A program made the position numbers and the translations under genes. From contig CM059425.1 in assembly GCA_030390025.1 (NCBI GenBank), positions 20,212,001 to 20,276,000 of the forward strand: a stretch of 64,000 nt of DNA, read 5' to 3'. Shown here piece after piece: positions 12,406-23,409 of this stretch. Positions within the stretch are counted from its first letter, which is position 1. Each line of letters starts with the position of its first letter. The stretch is from Squalus acanthias. Its lineage: Eukaryota. Below the pieces are notes generated by a model that was given only the letters and a program-made list of their open reading frames with translations, ran no database searches and was not told the origin of the DNA.

Positions 12406-12841
12406 AAAAGAAAGAACTTGCATTTATACAGCACCTTTCACAATCTCAGGATGTCCCAAAGCACAATTACAGCCAATGCGGTATTTTTGGAAGTGTAGTC
12501 ACTGTTGTAATGTAGGAAACGCGGCAGCCAATTTGCGCACAGCAAGCTCCCACAAACAGCAGTGTGATGATGACCAGATAATCTGTTTAGTGATGTTGGT
12601 TGAGGGATAAATATTGTACAGGAGAACTGCCCTGCTCTTTTTAGTGCCATGGGATCTTTTACATCCACCTGAGAGATTAACATCTCATCCAAAAGACACC
12701 ACCTCTGACATTGCAGCGCTCCCTCAGTACTGCACTGGAGTGTCAGCTGAGACTTTGTGCTCAAGTCTCTGGAGTGGGGACTTCAACCCACAACCTTCTG
12801 ACTCAGAGGCGAGAGCGCTACCCACTGAGCCAGTGGCTGAC
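12406..12841 (-). mobile_element. SacSINE1-like SINE, near full length
   Basis: Head (cccactgagcc...gctgac), Deu body and tail aaagaacttgcatttataca all present. Confidence 0.9.
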
Positions 12842-12845
12842 GCCT

Positions 12846-12895
12846 CTGCACGGACCAGGGATCAAACCTTGGGGCCTCCCTGGTCTGAATGGCTG
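12846..12895 (-). mobile_element. AmnSINE2-like head fragment
   Basis: cacggaccagggatcaaaccttggggcctccctggtctgaatggct is the reverse complement of agccatNcagaccaggNaggNcccaggttNgatccc. Confidence 0.55.
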
Positions 12896-14651
12896 GACTG
12901 GTTGGTTGCGGTCACTTTCCGAGCCCGTCGGAGGAAGCCTGACCACTGTCTCGCTAACCGCCCCTTTTATTAAATCGCAGACGACAGCCCAGTTGCAAGT
13001 TTCCATTTGTGGGAGGGAGTGTGCAAGCGCAAAGCAGCAAGTGCGAACCCTGCCAAATCATCCTGCGAGGAAATGGTGGGGTGTTGACTTTGGAGCTGCT
13101 CAAGACATAAACCTGGCGCGGGGTTGACGCACGATTGGCCACGTGGCGCTCTCCACGTCCCGCGTAGGAACGAGCTGGCACCAAATAAAGATTAGGAGCA
13201 GCCGAATTGGAAAAGCTAACTTTGCAGTAAAACCTGAGTGGAATTTACTTAAAGCTGGTGGCAGATTTGAATGCCGCAACGAGTAATTTATTATGGCCTT
13301 GCTAGCGTTGATTTTGCCGGGTTATTAAGATCGTGGACAAGTGAGCAGAGGTTCAGCAACAGTGACTGTAGCTTTGTCAGCTTCCCGGGAGCCAACTCAA
13401 CTGATTAAAATTGCTTAAACGACAGAAAAATGAGATAGCAGAAGTCTGGGAAAAGTAGGTGAAAAAATTAATCTTGACTCGGCGACTTCCTTAGAATATA
13501 TATATCTTTTTATTGTGTATCAATAACTCTTAATTTGACGTGTGCCGTGACTGGCTCTCGACTTAATATTTTTTGACTTTAACTTGACCGAGAGGAAATG
13601 AAGTCTGAGAAGCAGTAAAATACACCTTAATTTACAGACTGAGCTGGTCAGCGGAGTAGGGAAGAAGCTGCAACAGCACACACAAAAAAATCCAGGGTGG
13701 CCAAAAGGCAAAGGAGGAGTGAAGAAAAAGAGCTCAAAGCACTGCACAATGCCGGGAGTGCCTGATCGGGAGTAGCCTTTTACTAAAACCTTCCTGCGTA
13801 GCTTTAAACCTCTTCCCGTGTACTCTGTCCTATCAAAAGCTGAGGACAGCCCCTCAGGAGTGGGGGGCGGGGGGGGGGTTGGAAGAAACTGCAGCTACAG
13901 CCTGTCTGTCAAGAAGGTTAAAGGTGTGCTAGACTAATCGCAACATTTAATGCAAAGTGAGGTTCGCTCCAGAAGGATGAAGGCTACAGGAAGGCTACAT
14001 TTACAACAGAAAACACACACGCACAGTGCTCTGCACCCGCTTTACTGCTCGTGTTCAGACAGCCTGTCTGAATCCCCTGTCTGTCCCGGTGCTCTCTCCA
14101 TGATGTTCTCCAGCTGGCCGGCCCTTTCCTTTGCTCCCTAAAGCGGAGATCGCATCCGGGAGCCCTGTTGCTTTGTTAACCTAGTAAATCCCAGTTGCAG
14201 CTGTTTTTCGCCATACTAGCAAACTAGTTCGCTCTGGGCTAGTTGGGGAGTGGATTTCTTTCAGTCCACGCCATTGGACACCAGTGATTTCATGTGGACG
14301 TGGCTTTCAAAGTAGCCAAGGTTTCTGGTGGGGCTCATCCTTCCAGAGTCACTTTGGGCTGTTAACATGTACATGAAGAGAAACGCTATGTTCTGCAATT
14401 TTCGCAAAACCTTTTAAAAGTAGGTGAATACACACCTCCTGTCAAAGCTTTGCCACATCGATGAGCCTTTGCTTAGTCTTCTGAAGGTTACTCATGCTAA
14501 GCATTTTGAGTCCTTGCGTGGAGCATCATGAATTTGAAGTGTGCGCGTCCCCATATTGGTGAGGAGCAGTTATTGGTGAGGAGCATTGAGTTGCCATGTA
14601 CCAGGAGCAGTCCAACTTGCTGCATTGCGAACGTGTTTTGGTTTTGAGGTG

Positions 14652-14735
14652 TCAGCCGTGATTATGTGCAGGAACGGGGCTTGAACCCACAACCTTCTGA
14701 TTAGAAAGTGAGAGCGATACCACCTGAGCTGACCG
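14652..14735 (-). mobile_element. SacSINE1-like head remnant
   Basis: ggggcttgaacccacaaccttctgattag...gagagcgataccacctgagc. Confidence 0.65.
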
Positions 14736-15045
14736 TTGTCTCAGTCTCTCTCCAGCAACAGGACACAACCTCCCTTTTAAGCTCCGTGTAACTCGCATTG
14801 GGGATCCGCAGCGAAAAAAAAAACCCATTAAATCAGGATGTGTAGTTCTGATAACTTTGGTTGGAATTCTGATGAGCTTATCAGGAAAATGCGCTCGCAT
14901 TTTGCTAAAATTAAATCAGAGCTTAACTATCACCAGCCCTCAAAGTGTTGAGTGAGTTTCTGGTCAGCAGAAGATAGGTATGATTACTGGTGGCAAAAGA
15001 AGAGTGGGCGTCAACCACTAGAGTGGCCACCTATTGCCAGAGGCA

Positions 15046-15225
15046 AAACAACCATAACTTGCATTTATAGAGCGCCTTTAACGTAGTCGAAACGTCCCAA
15101 GGCGCTTCACAGCAGTGTTATCAGACATAACTTGACCCTGATCCACATAAAGAGATGGTCGGACAGGTGACTAAAAGCTTGGTCGAAGAGGTAGGTTTTA
15201 AGAAGCGACTTCCAAGAGGGAGGTT
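15046..15225 (-). mobile_element. L2 LINE 3' terminus
   Basis: aacttgcatttatagagcgcctttaacgtag...ccaaggcgcttcacag...aaaagcttggtcgaagaggtaggttttaag. Confidence 0.85.
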
Positions 15226-15559
15226 TGCGTTGGAAGATTTGCTTTACCAACATGAAAATTCATCAAAAACGTCAAGCACTGTCCCTCAATAGGTAGTGTT
15301 TCCACAGTGAACGATACAGTAGGTGTTTACCAATTTTGAAAAATATTAAACTGGACTTGTGTTAGAATTTTCCAGAGCGCTTGATCGAAAATCGTGCAGT
15401 GTGCCCCAGAACCAAACGGATAGGAATTCTAGGGACACGCGATGACCATTTATTCAAACAAAACAGGACACTGAGTGGCCGAGTAGACTGAACCACATCT
15501 AATTGGTGCTATAAAACTACAAGCTGTGCAGCGCTTACAGCCAGAGCTGTAGCTAAGAT

Positions 15560-16330
15560 CACAAAGATAAGTACAGATGAGGGCGATCACTCAGCCACCT
15601 AGCTCACCCACCCATCTACAGAAACCTACAATCTCACCAGCACGGCATCCACCTTCCCCTTGGAACGACTCTTGGGAGTTTTTTCCCTTTGCTGCCCTAC
15701 CCAGAAGAACATTCCAGATACTAATCACTCTGTGAAGAAGTGCTCCTGAACTTGCCTTTTATTAGTTTATTTCTGTGCCCCTCGTCCTACAGCCGAGGTT
15801 TGAACAAATTTAAGTGCTGCTTTACGTATTGCCTTGTCCATATCTCGACAAGGTCCCCCTTTCAAGTCGAGAGAGCCCAAGTTCCACGGACGTTTTCTCA
15901 TCGCCCATTCCTCTGACGCGAGGGATCAGCCATGTGGCCCTCCCCCTTCACCACTTCCAGACCTTTTGTGCTTTGATGATAAGAACTGAAAGCAGCGATC
16001 AAGGTGCGGCCTGGCCAGAGCAATACACAGCTTCTGCATAACGACCTTCGACCTGTACTCTGCTGATTGGCAGCACGGCTCAGCATCCTGTTTGCTTTAA
16101 TTGCTGCTTTGCAGTGACTGGGCATGGTCATAATTGAGTCTACTGTCACTCCCAGATCTCTTTCGGTCTCTTCCCCGAGATAGCTCACACCATTCATTAA
16201 GTAAGCACGTATGGCATTTTTTTCTTCTTTTAATCTGTATCACCTCGTACTTAATCTGTCTTGAATTTTATCTGCCAAAATGTCATCTCCTTGCAACTTT
16301 ATTGCTAGTTTGTGTAGTTCTTCCGATGCC
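15560..16330 (-). mobile_element. Ancient CR1 (L3-like) LINE ORF2 C-terminal fragment
   Basis: Minus-strand ORF 15898-16197 contains EETERDLGVTVDSIMTMPSHCKAAIKANRML, the CR1 'ERDLGV.VD...C..A.KANR.L' motif. Confidence 0.8.
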
Positions 16331-16393
16331 CCCCCCGCTCCAATTTCGTGTCTGTGATACTGACCATCATACATTGTGTTTCATTTATGTAGA

Positions 16394-16697
16394 TCAGAAA
16401 CAGGGGGCATCACCTTTAAAATTAGAGCTAGGCTGTTCAGGGGTGTTGCCAAAAAGCACTTCTTCACACAGGGGTGAGTGGAAACCTGGAACTCTTTCCC
16501 CCAAAGAGCTATTGAGGCTGGGGGTCAATTGAAAATTTCAAAACTGAAATTGATAGGTTTTTTGCGCGGTAAGGGTATTAAGGATTATGGAACCAAGGCA
16601 GGTAGATGGAGTCGAGGTACCGATCAGCCACGATCTAACTGAATGGTGGAACAGGCTCGAAGGGCTGAATGGCCTGCTCCTGGTTCCTATGTTCCTA
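16394..16697 (+). mobile_element. CR1/HER1-type LINE 3' end
   Basis: gggcatcacctttaaaattag...aagcacttcttcacacag...tggaactct...gggctgaatggcctgctcctggttcctatgttcct. Confidence 0.9.
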
Positions 16698-17110
16698 GTG
16701 ATCCCTGGGACACTGCACACTCAGTACATCTCCCCAGAGTGTCACTCCCTTAACTAATACCAGCTGCCTCCTCGCTCTCTTTCGGCCGATTCATTAGCAA
16801 CCCCCACCACACCCCCCCACCCCCAAGTTTTACTTAGGATGTCCACTACCTTAAAACTGCCTTAAGCTGGTGTAAGAGGTTTCCTGGAAGTCCAGGTACA
16901 ATGTATAATGGAGCTTTACAACGTCTGCTTTAGAATGTGATTTCTTCAGAAAAGTTGTGATCAGGCAGGCTCTCCCCCTTCTGAACTGTGCTGGCTGCTG
17001 TTCACTAGGTTATTTTCGTACTGTTTGTTCCTAATTGATTCCATTAGCTTGCCAGTTAACAAAGTAAAGTGAACGGGTCTGTAGTTGCCCAGGTTTGTTT
17101 GGTCACTTCT

Positions 17111-17302
17111 ATGTTGAAAATAATGAGAAGTCGCACAACACCAGGTTATAGTCCAACAGATTTATTTAATTTTACAAGCTTTCGGAGCTCCGAAAGCTTG
17201 TAAAATTAAATAAATCTGTTGGACTATAACCTGGTGTTGTGCGACTTCTCATTTTTGTCCACCCCAGTCCAACGCCGGCATCTCCACATCATGTTGAAAA
17301 TA
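17111..17302. mobile_element. Penelope-like palindromic mini-insertion with 12-bp flanking direct repeat
   Basis: Perfect inverted repeat 17122-17253 (66-bp arms, no loop), 37-bp unpaired tail ending ccagtccaacgccggcatctccacatc, atgttgaaaata at 17111-17122 and 17291-17302. Penelope assignment is from recalled elasmobranch repeat termini. Confidence 0.75.
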
Positions 17303-17861
17303 GGTATCGCCTTCGCAATCCAGTGGGACCCGCTCTGTATTCACTGAGTCCCTCTGGAGATTTACACATTAAGCTATTGGGAGCGCATGGCGTTCATTTG
17401 AAAAACACTTGGCCCATGTGATCTCCTGGACTGGTTTCACGCGCCTGAGGGAGTCGGAGAGGAATTGTCAGAAGATTTTTTTCCCTTACTGGTCCTGGTT
17501 TTTTTTTTTTTTTGGCCTCTCCCAGGAGATTACATGGTTGAGCGGGAGTGGGGTGGGGAGGGGGAGGAAGGAAGTGTTTCGTCATGGTGTGGGGCAGGCT
17601 TGATGGACCAGCTGGTCTTTTTCTGCCCGTCAATTTTGTATGTCGTAAAACGTTTCATACCGTTGCACTTATGGTTCTCCAAAGTAGCCTCATGGCACCA
17701 AGTACTGCCTGTCTGTGAGACTGCACAGGCATTTAGATACTAAATAAAAAAGCTCAAGCTGTCCACTGGAATCAAGCAGGCTTGTTTGCTTCTGGACAAG
17801 GATTTATTTTTAGGTCAAGCTCACATCTCTGAACCGGGTGAAGCCTTCAGGTCAAACCTTT

Positions 17862-18280
17862 ACAACAACAACAACTTGTATTTATATAGCGCCTTTAATG
17901 TAGTAAAACGTCCCACGGCATTTTCATAGGAGTGTTATCAAAACAAAATTTGACACCGAGCCTTATAAGGAGATATTAGGGCGGATGTCCAAAAGCTTGG
18001 TCAGAAACAGGTAGGTTTTAAGGAGCGTCTTAAAGGAGAAGAGAGTGGTAGCGAGGCGGAGAGGTTTAGGGAGGGAATTCCGGAGCTTAGGGCCTAGGCG
18101 GCTGAAGGCACGGCCGCCAATGGTGGAGCGATTAAAATCGGGGTTGCGCAAGAGGCCAGAATTGGAGGAGCGCAGATATCTCGGGGGGTTGTAGGGCTGG
18201 AGGAGGTTACAGAGATAGGGAGGGGCGAGGCCATGGAGGGATTTGAAAACAAGGATGAGAATTTTAAAATCGAGGCGTTG
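17862..18280 (-). mobile_element. L2 LINE 3' end, well preserved
   Basis: ORF 17963-18310: QRLDFKILILVFKSLHGLAPPYLCNLLQPYNPPRYLRSSNSGLL...IGGRAFSRLGPKLRNSLPKPLRLATTLFSFKTLLKTYLF; (caa)n tail. Confidence 0.93.
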
Positions 18281-18599
18281 ACAGCCATATTGGAAACCGG
18301 AAAGAATCAAAGCACTGAGATAATGTTGAAATTTCCCTGGTGGTAAGCCCGGAGAATGTTTTTAGTATAAGCATGCAACGAAAGGTCAGAGAAGTGCAGC
18401 ATTAACTTGCCCTCTTTTTTTTTATCAGTGGCAGTTAGAATGAGCTTTGAAGTGGAAGATCAGACTGGGGAGTGCAACCGTACCTCACCCCACCCCACCC
18501 CACCCCAAAATGGGCTGTTTTAATCGTTTAATATTTCTCCATGTCTCTTAAGAGGCAGCATTCCAGTATGTGCCTGCTACAGAGAAATATTATGCAGAT

Positions 18600-18822
18600 C
18601 CAGAACAAATCCACAAAAATGCTGCTAAAGGTCAGGCGGCATCAGTAGAAAGAAGGGGTGAGTTCACGCTTCATCGTGTGGACCCCTCGCCCAGGCCCGA
18701 ACCGTGGACCTCTTCTTCTCTTTCTCTCTCCGCAGATGCTGCCTGACCTGCTGAGTGGTTTCCAGCGTTTTCTGTTACTTGGTTCAGGTTTCCAGCATCC
18801 GCAGGTTTTTTTTTTTTGCTTT
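18600..18822. mobile_element. Second-family Penelope-like inverted-arm relic
   Basis: Left aaaaatgctg...aggtcaggcggcatc versus right gatgctgcctgacctgctgag...tttccagcgttttctg; tail tttccagcatccgcagg..tttgcttt. Confidence 0.6.
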
Positions 18823-19594
18823 ATCCTTCTGGAGATCGGGATTGAAAGAAAGGAGGAACTTGCATTTATATAGCGCCTTTCACCACCTCAGGACGTCCCC
18901 AAAAAACGCTCGACAGCTCAAGGGTGTTGAGTTGCACGCCGGTGCTCGGAATCAGCATTCAGGAGAGGGGAGCGATGCCAACTCCTCCTTCTCACCTCAC
19001 CGATTCCCCCGAGCGGGTTAGCTATCGCCGGACCAGTGTGCGTACTGCCTGCTGGCAATACGGGAAGCACAGTATCCGCTATACGGCACCTCCCCTTTAA
19101 TTGCAGAATGTCAGGACCACAGGCAGTTGTGCAATTAAGTAGTCTCCATTAACATGAATGGGGAAGTCTCGGTCTCCCGACTGCAAACGTTTGATTTTTC
19201 TGTTGTTTGGTTTGCTATTTCCACAAGGATGTAAAGGAAACAGTACCTAGGACCGAAACAATGAAACACTTTAAAAGGGGGAGGCGTGATTGTCCCAGTG
19301 GGGCGTTTCCTGGGACAAGCCAGCTCTGACAGTTCACCACTGAGCTGCTGTGCTCAGCCACTAGGGATAGTTTGGTGCTGCAGCATTGGGAAACTTTTCT
19401 TTTTCGCAGTGTTGTATTTTTAGCATTGTTTTAATAGCCAGTGTTATTAGCCTAGACTTTGACACATTACGCTGTCAATGTCTAGGCTAATAACAATTGG
19501 CATTCAAATGCTAAGTGTGTTCGTGTCTGCTGCTGATTCCCCCATCCACGCTTTTGTTACCTACACACTTGATTATTCCGATACTCTCCGGGCC

Positions 19595-20154
19595 GTCCTC
19601 CGATCTCCCACCCTCCGTTAACTCGAGCTCATCCAAAACTCTCTGCCCCGTATCCGAACTCGCACCAAGTCCCGTTCTCCCATCACCCCCGTGCTCGTTG
19701 ACCCGCATTGGCTCCCGGCCCAGCAACGCCTCGATTTAAAAAAAATTCTCATTCTCGTGTCCAAATCCCTCCACACGGCCTCGCCCCTCCCCATCTCTGT
19801 AACCTCCTCCAGCCCTACAACCCTCCCGAGATCTCTGCGTTCCTCTAACTCTGGCCTCTTGTGCACCCCGCCCCCCCCCCCACCCCCCCACTTCATTCGC
19901 CCCACCATTGGCGGCCGTGCCTTCAGCCGCATGGGCCCTTGGGAATTCCCTCCCTAAACCCCTCGGCCTCTCCGCCTCTCTCCTCTTTTAAGATGCTCCT
20001 TAAAACCTACCTCTTTGACCAAGCGTTTGGTCGCCCGTCCTAATATCTCCGTATGTGGCTCGGTGTCAATTTTATTGTCTGATGACAGTCCTGTGAAGCG
20101 CCTTGGGACGTTTTACTATGTTAAAGGTGCTATATAAATGAAAGTTGTTGTTGT
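19595..20154 (+). mobile_element. L2 LINE 3' end
   Basis: HWLPAQQRLDLKKILILVSKSLH..., IGGRAFS, FKMLLKTYLFDQAF; terminus gctatataaatgaaagttgttgttg. Confidence 0.92.
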
Positions 20155-20384
20155 GACATTTCTTTGCTATTTTAATGAAAGGCTAACACTTAACCTTAAG
20201 TAGTAGACAAAGGAACTTAGGAACATAGGACGTGCTAAGCGTTGGTACGCACTGGGCAATTTAAAGGTCCTGATTGGCACCGAGTGACTTTACCCCTTAT
20301 GCATTACCCTCAGCTGCCATGTTTCTTCATCTTCCGATCAGAAAGCCTGATATTCGTTCTCCAGGTTCAGGTGTAAAGAGCGCC

Positions 20385-20485
20385 CACTCGCGGAAGGTGC
20401 CACTCGGCCGCGGGCACCCTTGCCCACGGGAACTGTACCCGAGCACGAAAACACCACCTTCAGAAAGAAGGGAAGAAAACTGGAG
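20385..20485 (+). mobile_element. AmnSINE2-like 3' end fragment
   Basis: gccactcggc...gcccacgggaactgtacccgagcacg...ccttcagaaagaagggaagaaaa; similar to 53050-53108 and 57255-57335. Confidence 0.45.
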
Positions 20486-20499
20486 AAGAGAGAGAGGGA

Positions 20500-20591
20500 C
20501 AAAAAGAAAAATTGCCAATGCACAGTAGGTTAGTCAGCACCTGATGGAGAAGGATAGGTTGATGTTTCGGATGGGGACCCTCATTAGAACT
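20500..20591 (-). mobile_element. Penelope-like terminal fragment with decayed minimal hammerhead
   Basis: Minus strand agtt CTAATGA gggt cccc atcc GAAA catc aacc..., then ttctccatcaggtgctgactaacctactgtg (same family as 18600-18822). Confidence 0.5.
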
Positions 20592-21244
20592 TTCGTTCTC
20601 AGTTTTATTCGTGCGTTTCTGGTGGCATGTTCTTGAGAGCATCTCAGGGATGCTTCTGACTGATGCTGGTTAGATCAGGAGACCAAACGGCGATGGAAGA
20701 TGCGAATAAGCAGGTGGAACGCAATCCAAAGCAGAATTTCGTTTGCAAACACGCATTTTATGCATGCAAGCCTATTTGATTAGTAACGTTACTGTTGCAA
20801 GGGAAATGGGAGAAAAATTAGAGACTTCAGACTCTTATGCAATTAAGCGGGTATACAATTGACTGCTGCAGAATTAAGTGGGAGGTACTGTCCTGGAATA
20901 GCAATTTCATTACCATTGTGCCTACATCGGGCGCGATGCACCAGTTACTGAAGGATGGTGTAATGAAAACAAAGGGCGCTAAATTGCTGCAGTGGATTCT
21001 GTGCAATGGAGAGAGGGAAACGCTGACTGTAATTTTACATTTGAATTGTGTTAATTGAATAATACCTGAGTATCAAGGAACTTGCTGCTGGACTGAATTG
21101 CACTTTGCGCTTTCTAATGGCAGAGATTAGCATGTGGCCAGGGATGCCAAAAAAAAAATATCGGCAAAAAATTAATTTGAAAACAAGTGATCAGGACTGT
21201 TAACGTCGAAAGGAAAAATATGAATTCAATCCTGCCCTTTTCAT

Positions 21245-21375
21245 TGATTTTTGTTAGGTAAGGGTATTGAGGGATATGGAACCAATAAATGGAGTTAAGA
21301 TACAGGTCAGCCATGATCTCATTGAATGGTGGAACAGGTTCGAGGAGCTGAACGGCCGACTCCTGTTCCTATGTC
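21245..21375 (+). mobile_element. CR1/HER1 3' tail
   Basis: aggtaagggtattgagggatatgg...cagccatgatctcattgaatggtggaacagg...tcctgttcctatg. Confidence 0.85.
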
Positions 21376-21699
21376 TATTCACAGGGAGAGACTGAACCTC
21401 AGCATTGTGCTTTGTTGTACAAAGGTTCTTTCCTCCTTGATGCTCTTTGTATATCCAAGGCGGCCACAATGATTCTAATTATCTTCGTGATGAGCTGCAT
21501 AAGTGCATCAAAAAATAGTGAGTTTGTGATCTTAACTCTAATATGGAGCCCCAGCAATGGCTTCTCGGGTACATATAAGCTGTCCATTTTACTTCAGAAT
21601 ATACATATGCTTATTATTAAAGGTGTACCACCAGTAATCCATTGCTGCTCGGAGTATTGGCCAGCATGATTGTGTTGCACTATTTGACACTGGAGGTCT

Positions 21700-21865
21700 T
21701 CACAGCCAACCTGATCCTATCTCCTCCCGATTTACGTACACACGCACATAATTTTCAGTAAATATCACTAGATAACAAGAGCGGACAATGGGAACCCTAG
21801 CCCATTGTCCGCTCTCTACCCACCCAGGGACCTGACAGGCCAATCACAGCACCCCTGATGCTAGC
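21700..21865 (-). mobile_element. AmnSINE2-like fragment
   Basis: tcacagccaacctgatcctatctcc...tcactagata...gggaaccct...cccaggg...ggccaatcacagcacccct. Confidence 0.55.
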
Positions 21866-21919
21866 TAAAATAGAATAAAATTGGCTCAATCAATACAGTC
21901 TCCATCCCAGCATTAGCTG

Positions 21920-22020
21920 AAGTAGGGTGGGAGGAGGCTCGTGTGGCGCATAAACCCCGGTACAGACCAGTTGGGCCAAATGGCCTATTTCTGTACTGTA
22001 AATGCTACGTAATTCTATGA
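21920..22020 (+). mobile_element. CR1-type 3' tail (second subfamily)
   Basis: agtagggtgggaggaggctcgtgtggcgcataaac...gggccaaatggcctatttctgtactgta; reverse copy at 37333-37445. Confidence 0.8.
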
Positions 22021-23102
22021 TGCACTACCCTGGGATGGCAAATGGTGGGCAAGGGAGGAGATTTTAATGGAATTCACCTATGTTGTGGCAATATGAGTTT
22101 CTCCTATTTCTCTACAGTGGCAGAAAAGAGGAGGTGGTTTGTAATTAAAAGAGGACAATATGTACGAAGTCAGAAAGTGTATCCCAAGTGTATTCTTGTG
22201 CATTTTCTGACGTCAGAATGTGCAGCGTAGAGCTTAGTTAGGGTCCGCCTCGGAACGCACAGTACGCATTTGGTCGGCCGGCTGCACGATATCCACTTGC
22301 AGATTTTCCAAGAACTTCAAGTCACAGCTGGTGCTACAGTACAGATCACGTAAAACTAATCAGAAATCTCTGTCGATTTAAATTCCCTCCCTCCCCTCCC
22401 CCTTAAATAGAGAAAGGTAAACCACGTTCAATTGCTGTGTGTTGTAATTGCAATAATTTAATTTAGCTATTTAACCTGTAATTCAGCAATATTTATTAAA
22501 GCGCTGTTCGCAGAATGAGGCCATTAAGAGCAAATGATGAATACATTTAAATTAAAATTAACAGTTCTAAGAGCTAGTTGACCTCCATTTTGTAATGGTT
22601 TTATTAGACTGGTCACACTAATTATAGCCAATGATTCACTCTAAAACGAAAACATTTTTACAGTGCGATTTTCTCTGTTTATTTGAGAGCATTTTCCACT
22701 GAAATGCAAAGAGACGATCTTTATATTTTTGAAACAAAATGAAATTTTGCTTCTGTTTGCTAATTACATAAATTGCCGTCACTGTCCTGTTTGTTCTGTG
22801 CACGCATTCCTGGGATGCAAGTGTCACTGAACAGTGTTAGGTGTTATCAGTGGTATAAATAAGACGGAATATTTTTTTCTTGCGGGGGGGCGAGGGGAGA
22901 TTAAGGGTTTGCATTGCATTCTTAATCAAAACAATCCAACACAAGGACACAGATATGCCCCATGTCGTCAGGAGGAGAAAAAGGGGGTGGGTCGGAAGAG
23001 TCCATTGAACAACTTAAGCGCACGTCACCCGACTGACCATCCCAAGAGTAGCGCTCCCTGAGGAATGTCCACCTCCTTTGTTGGAATGTTGTGTCGGCAG
23101 AA

Positions 23103-23316
23103 GCGGTGTCCTGGCCAACATTTATCCCTCAACCAACATCACTGGAAAAAAACACATTATCTGCTCATTATCACATTGCTGCTTGCAGGAGCTTGCTGTG
23201 CGCAAATTGTCTGCCGCGTTTCCTACATTACAACAGTGACTGCACTCCAAAAGTACTTCATTGGCTGTAAAGCGCCTTGTGACGTCCTGAAGTCGTGAAA
23301 TGCAAGTCTTTTTTTC
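23103..23316 (+). mobile_element. SacSINE1-like 3' half
   Basis: ggtgtcctggccaacatttatccctcaaccaacatcac...aaatgcaagtctttt. Confidence 0.88.
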
Positions 23317-23409
23317 AGGGACCTAAAGAGCAGGAGGAATATTGGGAAAGGAATAAAGATTGGTTTCTGTTGATATCTGGTATTTATTCCGGTATATTTG
23401 TGTCTTTTG

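Noticed and set aside
14865-14895. CTGATGA...GAAA as an intact hammerhead (also minus strand ~3000-3020)
   Set aside because: No pairing stem II or flanking stems; chance matches.
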